The position numbers and the translations under genes were made by a program. The notes below the pieces were generated by a model. The model was not told where the DNA came from. It saw only the letters and a list, made by a program, of their open reading frames with translations, and did not search any database. Positions 1 to 13,118 of a stretch of DNA of 64,000 bases are shown piece by piece (within the stretch, counting starts at the first letter, position 1; every line of letters begins with the position of its first letter). The DNA comes from Octopus sinensis (taxonomy: Eukaryota), in NCBI RefSeq assembly GCF_006345805.1, contig NC_043006.1, positions 7,812,001-7,876,000 of the forward strand, given 5' to 3'.

Positions 1-151
1 GTTAGGAGATTGTTTTAGCCCGTTTATTTCTGTAGTTAATATCAGTGTGCTTAGGCGACTGAAAAAAGAGTTTTGACTGTTATTTCCAGCAGGTAGACAT
101 ACTTAGTATGGCCTTTGATTAATTTTAATCTTTCAGCTACCAGTCGCCATG

Positions 152-280
152 ATAGATCGTTAGCCACTACACACATGTTTTTTTCTCTCCGTGTTTTTTC
201 TGTGTCCCTTTCTGTAGAAGAGCGTAGGCTCGAAACGTAAAAGGCTTTTTCTATTCCTGAGCGTTATACTAATACATCTA
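152..280 (+). mobile_element. PLE-type terminal-repeat fragment carrying a variant hammerhead; related copy at 52783-52915
   Basis: Shares CTTT..GAAGA(G/A)CGTAGGCTCGAAACGT..AAAG and downstream sequence with 52783-52915; CCTGAGCGT also matches 63345. Confidence 0.6.
207..244 (+). ncRNA. Minimal type I hammerhead-like motif, variant core CUGUAGA
   Basis: CCTTT/AAAGG helix I, CTGTAGA+A, GAGC/GCTC helix II, GAA, palindromic ACGT helix III, GUA triplet. Confidence 0.6.
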
Positions 281-2169
281 ATCGAAATAATACATTTATG
301 TGCTGCTGAGCACAAAGACGAAGTTTTGTTCAAACACATTCAGAGTTTCCAAACTATTTTTTGAGCATTTAGAGTTTTCCAGATTTAAATTACAAAAATA
401 TACAATCGACGGTTAATTATAGGTTTTATGTCATGTACGACTGAGTGAAAAAAAATCACTTCAACTATATTTTAAATGCACAGTTAAGAACCTTTAGAAA
501 ATGTTCAAGTTCCAAATATAAATTTTCTTATGATTTCGAGCATTACTATATACGACATTACTATATCTATCCAATCTTCCAGTGTTGCTATTTAATATCT
601 AAGTATCAAACTGGCGCTACATTTATCTTTTCTTTTTGCACCGAAATTTCTTAATTATAGCGCATTCTCATAAATGATACGTGCATTTAAATTTTAGAAT
701 ATATCAGTTTCAATTTTCATAAGGAGCATATTTTGTGAACTTAAAATGATTGCTGCCGTTAGTTTGATACTTAGATATTAAGCAAGAACACTGGGAGATT
801 GGATAGATGTAGTAATGTCGGATAAGATATAAGGGACAGGATAGTTGTCAAGTAAAAGATTATGCACATGTCTAATATCTCTGCATACACGTCCATAGAC
901 CGCAGCATTTAAATTCTCGTAATTGGGATATAACTAATGGGTTATTTTTCTTCCACAACATTTGTTATTCTGAACAGTAACTGACATTATCCAGCGAGAT
1001 TCAACACCATTAATGCAGCACAGTACCACCTAGAAGATTGGAATGCAGTTCTGCATAATCTATAACCAGATGGAACTTGACATTCTATAATTACAATTCA
1101 CACCATTATGTTTTCTAACTATAGAATCTTTTTGGAGTATTGCGCCTTCAGATTGTTTTTAGAAGATTCCATCATATTATTCGCGATGTATGTTGTTCAT
1201 AACCTATTTACAGTTAGCTTGATATTTTCATCGATAAATATAAATCAACATATGAACCCGCTGATGCTGCTTATTTTATTACTCTGTGTCATTTGACAAA
1301 AATGTTCTCTTGCTGTGTAATACAGCATTAACTGCTTTTTCTTTGAACATACATGCAATGCAACACTATACTGGCATGAGAATGATTGCTTCAATAATAT
1401 TGTTCAGTAATAGTTTTGGTTTATGATTCGTTTCTTAATGCATTCAACCAAAGATGAAGCAAAAAGAAACTTTTACAGAATGATTTGTATCAAATGATAT
1501 CATAGAACATATCCATACGACTCTACAAAGTTGTCCGAAAAATCATTTCTCCCCGTAAAATATTGTATGTATCCATTGCTGAAAATGTAAACATCGTGAT
1601 TTATATGTGAATGATATGCAAGTAAAATGAATGAGTGGCTAAAATAATGGATTAATGCATGCTATGAGTTGGAATTTAATGCTTGTATTTCCTCATGCTT
1701 TTGCCTACAACATCTACTTAGCTGTGTTTAGTGTTTCAGTTACCCAAGTTTTCTAGACTAAGTACCTGAACATGTGTTAACTTTGCCTGCATTAGACAAG
1801 CGTTGTCGTCAAACCGGTTTCTCGTGTGCCTTCCCCTGGCCTTTCCGAATGTATTAGATTTGATATAATATTACGAATAGTTTCTCTTTAGATTCATCTG
1901 AAATTGGAGCTGCTTGAGTACACCATAATATTCCACGTAATATTCATAATTTTCTACATAGGTTTCATGCATTGAATAGCCATAAGGAATATCGATGTCT
2001 CTGACTATGAATATCACCATTTAAGACCCTTCAACTTTTCAGTAATAGGGAAAATTCGAGGAAATTATTGTTCCTGATTTAGGCACAAGTACTGCAAACT
2101 TAAAGGATCGGGTTTAGTCAATACCATTGCCCGCAGTCCATTACTTGTACGGTATTTTATCGACAAAAA

Positions 2170-2592
2170 GCGGCAAGCTGGCAGAAACGTTAACACGCCG
2201 GGCGAAATGCTTAGCGGTATTTCGTCTGCCGCTACGTTCTGAGTTCAAATTCCGCCGAGGTCGACTTTGCCTTTCATTCTTTTGGGCTCGATTAAATAAG
2301 TACCAGTTACGCACTGGGGTCGTTGTAATCGACTTAATACCTATGTCTGTCCTTGTTTGTCCGCTCTGTGTTTAGCCCCTTGTGGGTAATAAAGAAATAG
2401 GTATTTCGTCTGCCGCTACGTTCTGAGTTCAAATTCCGCCGAGGTCGACTTTGCCTTTCATCCTTTCGGGGTCGATTAAATAAGTACCAGTTACGCACTG
2501 GAGTCGATATAATCGACTTAATCCGTTTGTTTGTCCTTGTTCGTCCTCTCTCTCTGTGTCTAGCCCCTTGTGGGTAGTAAAGAAATAGGTAT
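2170..2592 (+). mobile_element. tRNA-derived SINE (type C, GGCGAGCTGGCAG head) with duplicated ~185-bp body, nested in an older opposite-strand SINE (2052-2720)
   Basis: B-box-like GAGTTCAAATTCC; body repeated at 2216-2401 and 2401-2592; TSD GGTATTTTATCGACA at 2151-2165 and 2588-2602. Confidence 0.85.
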
Positions 2593-2939
2593 TTTATCGA
2601 CAACAAAAGGATAAAATTAAAGTCTACTTGATAGGATCTGAACCCAGTACGTAAGGTGCCTAACTAAATATCGCAAGGCGTTTTCTCCAACACTCCAACA
2701 ATTCTCCCAGGTCGCTGCTTTAATAAATAGAAAATGATGAGATTGCACTCCACCTTTGCTGAAGATACTGCTGACGTTTAATTATAAGTGTGACTGCAGG
2801 TTGTATACGTCAATACTGTCTTTTAACATCTCCTTCACACATATACACATCATATATTTCAGATCATCAGTAGTCTCTTTTTTTTTCTTCGAACCGATTT
2901 TATCGATATATTATTTAAACACTGTTTGAAATCAATGTA

Positions 2940-3483
2940 TTGGGCTGTCCGGAAAGTTCGTGCCGATTTATAGTAGCTTACCTTTCGACTTATTTTAGAA
3001 CATGGTTGTGTCCATAAAATAGGATTTGACTACACCTGCATTTAGAGCACAGTTTAAGCTATCTTTTCGTGGAAGAAGGTTTATGTTCCTATAAACTGTG
3101 TTAATTCTGTAACCCTTTAAAATGGAAGATAAGAAAGTTCATTTTCGGCACTTGATGGTTTGTGAACCAGACAAAAATTGCTGCAGCTCGGCTGGGATAT
3201 GTTACCCCAGCCTCCATATTCACCAGATGTTGCTCCTTCGGATTTCCACTTATTCAAGGTAAAAGTTTCAATTCCTTGGATGATGTAAAAAGATACCTTG
3301 ACGAATTCTTTGCCATGAAGCCACCTCAATTCTGGGAAGAGGGTATTTTCAAATTAAAGAGAAGATGGAGACGCATTGTGCCACAAAATGGTTCATATTT
3401 GGTTGATTAAAAATATAATGGCCAGTATTTATTGACCTTTTTCTTTCCTTTAAAAATCGGCACGAACTTTCCGGACCACCCAA
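2940..3483 (+). mobile_element. Non-autonomous mariner deletion derivative
   Basis: ~30-bp TIRs TTGGG(C/T)(T/G)GTCCGGAAAGTTCGTGCCGATTT, TA on both sides; C-terminal transposase remnant PDVAPSDF..FWEEGIFKLKRRWRRIV..NGSY. Confidence 0.92.
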
Positions 3484-5219
3484 TAGTGTCGATCCTCGAA
3501 AGGTTTGTAGAATACATACCAGACATATACTAAAAATATAACTTACACATCGATTTAACGAGTAACCAATAAGGAGAGAAAATAAAGTTGAAAAGAACAT
3601 TAAAAAAAATTTCTAACCTAATTTTCAAATTGAGCATCAATTACTAATATTCTAGAAGAGACAACATGTAGGAGAAATAACTACGCAAAACTTCTATCAG
3701 AAGCGAAAAAGAAAAAAATGGAGGGCGAGAGATAACGACAAGAAGAAGTTATAGTTTATTCTAAGAGAGCAACTAAATTAATATAGTGTCTCGTGGATAT
3801 TATCGACTGGGTAGATTTTGGTTATTAATCGGAGAAGATACATGGTCACATTGTAGAATCAATACATGCCTGTTTGCATGTCAAGAGTTACTTTCACCTG
3901 TCCAAGCAAAATATCACCAGCATGGAACACATTATCTTTGGTAAAGAAACACATTTAAACATATTTTATTTCCGAAAAGAGAAGAATAGCTTCACCGGAA
4001 CAACACAACGTATTTCAATATTAATCCGATAAAATCTTCCGTTAAGAGTCTTGTCCATGAACATTAAGCCTTGTAACACTCCTAATAAACATTTCTACAA
4101 TGGAAATATACAGTAAGAAGGTTTAAGTAGGTGTGACATTCTGATGGGGCTGTTTTGCTCATAAAAGGCAGTTTAGCTGAATAATACTGCATACAACATT
4201 CCCACTTAAACATTTTCGAGATTTTTTCGGTAAATGAAAGAAAAACATGCTTTTATATTTTATGTATGAATTTGCCTTCTTCCTCAACTTTACTTGGTGG
4301 TTGGAACGTTCCACAAATGGTACATTTTCTAAATATTTGCCATTAGTATTGACAACATGTCTTTCTTGTATTAACTGTTAAAATCCCAGTTGACAGCAGC
4401 GAATCGTAATGTGAAAGAGAAATTGTATGCTTTCTACAACAACTCGATTAAACAGCAGTCTTGAATATTTAAGTACCGTTGCATTCTCTCAAGTGTCGGG
4501 AGAAAAAATGTCTGACTTGTATTTCTCTTTTAAAATATTTCTGCTTTGTGTATAAATAAGAAAATAACTTAATCGTAATACCAGAGCAATTCTTTGTCGA
4601 CAGAAACAGCTGTCATCTGTTCAAAAGTATCCAGCTAGGAAACAAGAATATATACCCAGTCCAAGTTTGTAAAAACCTATAACCAATACATTAACAATTA
4701 CAATACAAAAGAATTAAGTGCAATATTTCCCTCTAGCAAACAGAGCCTGTAATTCTATATAGAATATTATTCTTACGGATAAACTATTTAAGTATTGCCT
4801 TAAATAAAATGATTACACGCTGGAAAAAATAATTTAATATTTAGGGTCAACATTACACAGCGTGTATATGTGTGGTCGTAACATTTAAGGATGATGTTTT
4901 ATTACTAAGCAATGTCACTTTCTAAACATTGGTAAAATAAACAATTCGCAACTTGTGACATCGATGTATCGTTCTTTCATTCAAGACTATAACTGATCTT
5001 TGTGTCAGATTCGAATAAACGGCTGTACAAAATCAATATACCAATATAGTTCTATGATTGGTAAATTAGATTTTGACACCTTTAACCATGTAGTCAATAT
5101 ATATTTATGTATGGTTTTCTTCTTTTAAATAAACTTATTTGGCACTTTGTGAGTTGCAACTGACTGATTCGAAATGACCATCTGTTATTGAGGGTTCGTA
5201 TTTCATCACTAGGGAGTAT

Positions 5220-5724
5220 TGTTGTTGTGGCCCCCTTCGGTCATGAATGACCATGGGATTGCACCTAGAAAGTTAGCCTCCGAGGCACAAGTCTGAGCAA
5301 GGTTGTTTATGGAAGACCAGCAGTCGCCCACGCATACCAGACTCCCCTCTCCTCGCCACCGATGTTATCCAAGGGAAAGGCAAAGACTGATACAGCTTGG
5401 CAACAGTGATGTTGCAGCTCATTTATTAACGTGTAAGTGGCTGAGCACTCCACAGACACGTGTACCCTTAACGTAGTTCTCGGGGAGATTCAACGTGACA
5501 CAGAGTGTGACAAAGCTGACCCTTTGAAAATATAGGTACAACAAAAACAGGAAGAGTGAGAGAAAGTTGTAGTGAAAGAGTACAGCGGGGTTCGTCACCA
5601 TCCCATGCGGGAGCCTCGTGGAGCTTTAGGTGTTTTCGCTCACAATGCCCGGTCTGGGAATCGGAACCGCGATCCTACGACCGCGAGTCCGCTGCCCTAA
5701 CCACTGAGCCATTGCGCTTCCACC
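5220..5724 (-). mobile_element. Chimeric tRNA-derived SINE: type A head and body joined to a different 3' module ending in (CAA)n
   Basis: A/B boxes at 5720-5655; body matches 14415-14797 up to TTACACGTTAAT, then diverges; TSD CTAGGGAGTAT at 5209-5219 and 5725-5735. Confidence 0.85.
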
Positions 5725-7489
5725 CTAGGGAGTATAAGATCTGTTAAATAGCCCAGCTTTTATGTGAGACACACTTTCCATAATCAGTCAAAGGCATTAA
5801 TGTTGATATCAATGAATCAGAACATCTAATTCAACCATTTGAAGGATGTCATTAAATTACAGCGATATTAATTAATGAGCCTTTCTCATTAAATATACCG
5901 CATGGAATATTTCCATTCGACAGGATTCAAACATAATTCGCAATTTAAATGATCGCTGTTTAGTTTACTTAAACAAAACATGACATATGCTAATAATCTC
6001 ACCAATCAAATATGTAAAGCGGCATAACGTGAGGTAACGTAAAGATATTCTCCGGCTCACGGATTTAGCGATCTTATCTAGCAATTCAGGACTTTTTCGA
6101 CCCTGCAACCCCGTTTAACAACTACATAACGTAAATTGTAAAAGTTTCATTACAATTATGATTTTGTCATACTGTGTAATTACATCGTTTCATAGTTTCT
6201 GTAAGATACAGAGTATTTGTTTTCAAATTAATTACGAGGTATTTACCATAATGCTCAGATATAAGTACAGCATTCAGATATTTATGGAGATACATATTAG
6301 ATCCATATCTTTGCGGAAAATCATGCATTTAAATCTTCCACCTAACATATTTCCATAATTATATTTCTTCGTAATCCTTGAAATGACTGGGAACTTAATG
6401 CCTTCTTATTCTAGCAAGTTACTCTTTTGGTACATTTTTATTTTTGAATACAACTAAAAGAATGAAGGGATCCTCAGAAAGGTTATGCTTTATTTTTTAA
6501 AAGATTATGATTAATGACAAATATGTTCTGCTTAATTGAAACTACCCTTTAATACACGAAATGATAACTTTGATCAAATGTTTCTACAGGTAGTTACCTC
6601 AAAAGTATTTCAAACTAAGTGACTTAATAATGAAGAAGTAATTAATACTACACTTATACTATCATAATGCCAGGTTTATTTCTTTGGCGATATTACAATT
6701 ATTTTCAATTCGATGATTATTATGAGAATATAGAAACGTCGAGATGTATCAAATAAACTATTTTTCAAAATGAAACTCAAAATCGATGAATATATAAAAT
6801 GTTAGTGCGTAGAATAATAGATTAAAAAATACCCTTGGGTGGAAAAAAAGCCGAAGGTCCCCGGGGTTCTTTAATTCAATATTACTTATAGTCCGAGGTC
6901 TTTTAACTTTGTAGTCTACACCCTATTATTTATAGATTTATGTTCTTCGAGTTCCACCAATAAAAATAATCTGCTATTTTCCATTGCTTGAGAATACCGG
7001 GAAGTGTGGTAAAACGACATATCCTCACACGCTGAAAGAGAATCTGCAACATTATATAGCCCCGCATCCTGAATTACGTACAATATTTAAAACTTTGCAG
7101 TCAGGAGTTCTTTCTAAAGAATAATAATTCTGATTTCATTAGGAATATATCGTTAATATGTTGTATTATTTTCTAATCGCTCCAGAAATACAAAATATTA
7201 AAAACTCTAACAAAGAGTCTCTTCTTCTGTCGTGATTCGAACTCAAAACAATTGAGATAGAACACAGACATCACGTGATACCTATCTCGTGTAGAATTCA
7301 CCAGACCGAAATATGAATATGAGAAGAATATTAAGTTTCCTGTGGATTTCTAATTAATAAAACGTTCACAACACATGTACACATATACATACCAGTTAAT
7401 AAAGAAATAACATATACATACCAGTTTATATACATACATATAATATATATATACTAATATATACAGTATATAAATGCATATACATATTT

Positions 7490-7521
<32 letters not shown>

Positions 7522-8170
7522 TGTATGTATTTATATATGTATACAGAGAAAGAAAGAGAGTGGGAAGAAGTGAATTTGTGTATGCGTCAGTCTCAAGTAT
7601 CACAGGAGCTTACAACTGAAAATAGTTGAACATTTTAACAGTGAAACATCTTGAAAGTTTTATAAATTATATTTTTAAATCAATCTGGAAATACATTAGT
7701 AAAAGGATTTCGAATGTTAAAAGCTTAAATGTGATGTTTATATAGCTGATATAGTAAAGCTATTTTTAATTTCAATCTATGATATATATTTGTGAATAGA
7801 TTTTAACTACACCACTTCACATTATCTCAAGTTTAGCTTTCGTTATATCGCTAATGAATTAAGTTAATGCTTCCAAGTTATGGCTTCTGAGAATAGAAAT
7901 GAAAACATTCGCGTATCATATTTTCTTAGAAAACCAGAGAACCTACATTTTGCATATCAGAATAGTTCATAATACTAAACAAACTTGGGAAAATAAGTTT
8001 TACACGTTAAGAATTGGCATGTTTTGCCCAAATATCAACACGCAGTTGAAGTTACCCCTCTCTCTCTCTTTCTTTTTCTTCCACCGTCTCTCTCAATATT
8101 TATGTATGTGTGTACGCCCATGTATATATACACTCACACACACACACGCACGCATACGCACACACGGATG

Positions 8171-8213
<43 letters not shown>

Positions 8214-8807
8214 GTTTACTGATTAATGGGCTCGATTGAATAAACCTATTAATAACGAACCTATAATGATTGCTGGAAACGGCTGTAAGTCAAATTTATT
8301 ACAATGAAAAAATGAAAGGGAGATTATTCATGTCTAATCTTATGTATGTATGTATGTGTGTATGTATGTATGCATGTATGTAAAACTTTGAATTTTATGC
8401 TTTCACGACGATGTATAATACGGGAAAATATGACATACGATACATTAATAATAATTTAACTTTTATCACATTTTTTGGGTGATAATATAAAATGATGAAA
8501 TCAATATTGATTTTTCAAAAGTAAACTAACTGCGACTTTAAAATATAAATAAAACAATATTCAATAAGTAACAAAAAAAACCATGCATCGCGTTGAATTT
8601 ATTTTATAGAAATCCACACACAACAAACATGCACTCTCTCTCTCTTTCTCTCTCTCTCTCTCTTTCTTTCTATCTACCTATCTATCTCCACCTCTTATTC
8701 TCTCTCCCTCTGGAAAACAGAATCAACCAATATACATTCATATATATGAATGTATGTATGTGTGTATATATACATATATGTGTGTGTGTGTGTGTGTATG
8801 TGTGTCT

Positions 8808-9137
8808 GGAGGCGCAATGGACCAGTGAATAGGGCGGCGGGCTCGCGGTCAGAGGATCGCGTTTTCGATTCCCAGACTGGGCGTTGTGAGTGTTTATTGA
8901 GCGAAAACCCCTAAACGCTCCACGAGGCACCGACAGTGGATGGTGGTGGCGACCCCTGTTGTACTCTTTCGCCACAACTTTCTCTCACTCTCTCTTTCTT
9001 TTTCTTGAGTAACGCTGCGATATATATATATCGTCGCCCTTTTCAAGCCTAGCCAGGCTCATGGGCCCGGTTTCCCGGTTTCTGTGACGTATGTGTTCCC
9101 CCCGGCTGGATGGGACGCCAGTCCATCGCAGCGTTAC
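8808..9137. mobile_element. Type A SINE head (+) whose 3' half (V-domain-like) is inverted (-)
   Basis: Head GGAGGCGCAATGG..GATTCCC; AGTAACGCTGCGAT occurs at ~9008 (+) and ~9137 (-); CTGCGATGGACTGGCGTCCC motif on the minus strand. Confidence 0.75.
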
Positions 9138-9659
9138 TATGTGTGTGTGCGTGTGTATGTATATGTTTGCGCGCGCATGTGTGTATATATATATATATAT
9201 GTATGTTACACCGTGTATCCATGAACACTACGATAAGAATGCAATACAAATGTGTCGTTAATGCAATCTTGAGAATAATATCGTAAACAGCAAATCGGTG
9301 GGGAACATCTTGTTCTATTGCAAAAATCAGTAGATAACATATGCAGTTTGTACCAAATTGATGATGAATTAACTGTGCTTGTGTGGCTTGTATATAGAGA
9401 CAGCTAAATATTTGAATATGAAGTTAGATTTTTTACCCGGACGAAAAATCGCAGCTTCTGAGTTTTCAATGATATACATATGTCAAGTTATATATAATTC
9501 AAGGTTTTACTGTAGACTTGCTTGTATTGTATAATTTTATTCGGCTTCTCTGGAACAATTGCGAACGAGTGTATTGTTTATACATTATCTCTATATAAAT
9601 CAGACTGGCCTGGTTCGAAACTGCGTACATGACATAGACAAGTAGCAACAACAGTAGAA

Positions 9660-9800
9660 AGTGGCGGCGCAATGGCCCAGTGGTTAGGGCAGCGGACTTG
9701 CGGTCGTAAGAATGCGGTTTCGATTCCCAGACCAGGCATTGTGAGTGCTTATTGAGCAAAAAGACCTAAGCTCCACGAGGCTCCGGCTTGGGGGGGGGGG
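9660..9800 (+). mobile_element. Type A SINE, 5' tRNA-like part only
   Basis: GGCGCAATGGCCCAGTGGTTAGGGCAGCGG..GTTTCGATTCCC. Confidence 0.8.
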
Positions 9801-9875
9801 GCAACCGGAACGTATTGCACAATTTGCCATACTTGTAGCATTTTCAAAATAATCATATTCCTTGCTTAATATTTA

Positions 9876-10104
9876 TTTCATTACTACCCACAAGGGGCTA
9901 AACAGAGAGAGGACAAACAAGGACAGACAAACGGATTAAGTCGATTATATCGACCGCAGAGCGTAACTGGTACTTATTTAATCGACCCCGAAAGGATGAA
10001 AGGCAAAGTCGACCCCGGCGGAATTTGAACTCGGAACGTAACGGCAGACGAAATAAGGCTACGCATTTCGCCTGGCGTGCTAACGTTTCTGCCAGCTCAC
10101 CGCC
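9876..10104 (-). mobile_element. Type C SINE
   Basis: Reverse complement of the 14996-15220 family. Confidence 0.85.
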
Positions 10105-10132
10105 TATTAATTGCTTAATATTACCATATCAC

Positions 10133-10290
10133 ACACGTTCTAAGTTCAAAGTCCGCCGGGGGTCGACTTTGCCCTTCTGCCTTTCGGGGTCGATAATTAA
10201 GTACCAGTGAAACACTGGGCTCAATATAATCGACTAGTCCCCTCCCACAGTATTTCAAGGCCCTGTGCCTTCAGAAGGAAAGAATATTAT
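10133..10290 (+). mobile_element. Type C SINE fragment with alternative tail
   Basis: GTTCAAAGTCCGCCG..GTCGACTTTGCC..GGGGTCGATAATTAAGTACCAG. Confidence 0.7.
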
Positions 10291-10404
10291 CATATCACCA
10301 CTACTCAGTTATCTCTATGAATATCATAATGGTCTTTGCATTAAATAAATTAACTTCAGAAAGGTGTGCTTTTTAAATGACAATTACTTGCTCAAATGAA
10401 GTAT

Positions 10405-10810
10405 TTCAGTCATCATCATTCATCATTGTTCGACCGTGGTCGAGACAATGGAATTTACCATGTTGCGCCAGACTTCACGGTCCATCATAGCATTACGGAG
10501 GTCCTGTTGCTGGATGCCTGTATCCCTGGAGATTACATCAGGGTAGGAGAGTGTGCGCCCTCTGGTATCGCGAGCAGATGGTTTCCAGGGGAGAAGAGTA
10601 GAAATTACTTCTTTTTCAGCTCTACAACAATGTCCAGCAAACTGGACTCTCCTACCTTTCACAAGAGATGACACAGGTGGTAATTTCCCATATATTTGCA
10701 TTTTAGTTGGATGGCGCCTCCACGAGAGATTTTGAGCTCTGATAAGGAGGCGAGTGTAGGTTCCATCTGACCGCCTCTCAACCTTCTTTGATAACGTCCA
10801 GTCATAGATA
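10405..10810 (-). mobile_element. RTE-like LINE 3' end
   Basis: ORF 10423-10701 RRVQFAGHCCRA..DREVWRNMV resembles the post-RT region of RTE-group LINEs; short (TGA)n tail. Confidence 0.75.
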
Positions 10811-10864
10811 TAATGTACTATTTTAAGAATCGGTCAACTATTGCACTGAAAATAGGGGTGCGCT

Positions 10865-11290
10865 AATATGGTGCATATAGCTTAGTGGTAAGAAGTTTGT
10901 ATCCCAACCACATGGTTCCGGGTTCACCTTGATTCCGTAGCACTTTGGGCGAGTGTTTCCTAATATAGCCTCGGTCCGATCAAACCCTTTTGAGTGGATT
11001 TGATAGACGGAAGCTGAAAGAAGCCCATCATTTATAAATATATATATGTTTGTATATATAATGTGTGGGTGTGCGTGCGCGCGCGTATCACTACCTGTCC
11101 CCCAACACCACTTGGTTGGTGTGTTTACACCCCATAACTTGGCGGTTCGCCAAAAGTATCAGGCTTAAAAAAAAATAAGAACCGGGATCGATTAGTTCGA
11201 CTGAAATTTCTTGAAGGTTGTGCTCCAGCATGACCACTGTCTAATGATTGAAACAAATAAAAGATAAAAGATAAGGATAAAAGATACCGA
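10865..11290 (+). mobile_element. tRNA-derived SINE type B (CORE-like), diverged
   Basis: CACATGGTTCCGGGTTC head, CTTTGGGCGAGTG core, (GATAAAA)n tail; homologous to 36197-36630. Confidence 0.8.
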
Positions 11291-13118
11291 TACGAGGCAT
11301 TCTGTACACGCTGCCAATCGCCGTTTCATGTCATGGGGTCTATTAAATTAGTAACAGGTGATTCTACCCGTTAAATCATTTACCCATTAGATAGTTTACT
11401 TAACCCAAGTCGACTGATCCGCTGCAATATCACATTCTCACCGTGTGGATTGTAAACTCATTACAGTGATATCTGATCTTCCTACTTAGATACATTATCG
11501 TGATTAATATACATCCAAAACTAGCTACTCATGTGAACACATAATAGAGTAGAAGCTTGAATCTATGCCACATAGCGTAAATTTGTTGAGCAAACGCTTC
11601 AGCAGGGAAGTCTACAAGGAGAGGCAAGCAGTAGAAGGACAGTATTTAGCAAGAAACATCACGAGTTACCTTCATCAAGAAGAACAAGTTTCAGTGATGA
11701 AGTACCGTGTTATCCCGTTTCTGTATGCGTATGACAAAGTCCAACAGATTTTAGTAATCCCTTGAAGATTATAAACGCTCAATTAACAAGTCTCATTTCA
11801 ATAAAGTTCTCTGCGTCTATGAAATATAAATCGTGGATGTCTGTATGAATTTTTTATGAGCTCAAATACGTTTCCTTAGAAAGCAACGCATACATTGTGG
11901 CTAATTATTAGAGGGCGTTATTGTTCCCGAAGAACATAATGACTTAATGTTCAAAGGACAAGACCGTACCCTCGTTGTCACAAGGAGGAACGTTCTTCGA
12001 ATTGCATTCTAGTTTTTGTCACCTTTCTCAGACTTCTATAAAATGGATATTGAATTTCATTTCAATCACTGTTTTTTTCCCCAAAATTTGCTGAAGTAAA
12101 ACTAAATTATTTGTGAATATCATATAATTTAAGTAAATTTACAAACATTTGTTAGATAAAAGTGAGAGACGTGCTTGATGCGTTTCATTGTATGTAAATG
12201 ATCCTCTGAATTTCAAATTCAATGTTGACCTCTCATCCTTCTCCCATCGATAAAAATAATTAATATTAATATATTGAAGTCTGTTAAATTGACTACACCA
12301 CACTCATAACGGAAATTGATGTGGTTACATCGTAAGAAAGCAATATATCATCTTTTATGTCACATAAATTTGAGTTAAATATCGTAAACCAAACAAATTC
12401 TATTGGCAGAGACTTGAATATTAATATATGAGGTGTGTTAGTCATATTTTCAATTACTTGTAAATATTTAAAGTAATAAATGAGTCGTTGTAGATGGTAT
12501 AGTTCATGACATCAATATTAGACTCTTTATGTTACGCGCAATTATCAAAGGGAAACCTTGTAAATATTTCCACAGAAGTTATGATTATACGTCGCTGCAG
12601 CTGTATAGAGATGGAAGAAAACTATCGAGAGACCATTGATGCTAAAGTCAAAATAAATGCAAAATAAGAATTAAAATATTAACATATTTCAGAAATTATT
12701 ATATATTCGTTGACATCAACACCTGGCAGCAAACATTCGCAGAAATTTGATATTGCGTTATTTATTGTTGCTGTTATTGTCGTGGTGTTTTTTGCTGATG
12801 CTTGTAATAGTCGTTGTTTTTAGCAACAGATCAAGGAATAAGAATAGCTATAATCAAAAGTTTTCCAGTTATAACTTAACCATCTTTTCCTTTTTCAACG
12901 CATTCTTAAAAGAAAAAGATCCCCTCCATTTTCTCTATTTTCTCTCTTTTTTTTAGATAAGGTGAAATTGAAGAAAGATATATCTTCTATTGCTAGCAGA
13001 TCGGGTGACCACACAGATGCTCTCTTACTCACTTGAGCAGGTCTCTCGGTTGCAGACTGTCAATATGTAAAGGTGTATTTAGTGATTTAGTGTCTCTAAT
13101 AATCAGATCTAAACATAT

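Noticed and set aside
880-1030. Cys-Cys-Gly repeats on the minus strand suggesting a galaxin-like protein
   Set aside because: Only two CC motifs are in frame, followed by a stop; the third is out of frame
11565-11765. 66-aa ORF with ordinary composition
   Set aside because: No recognisable domain or convincing splice signals
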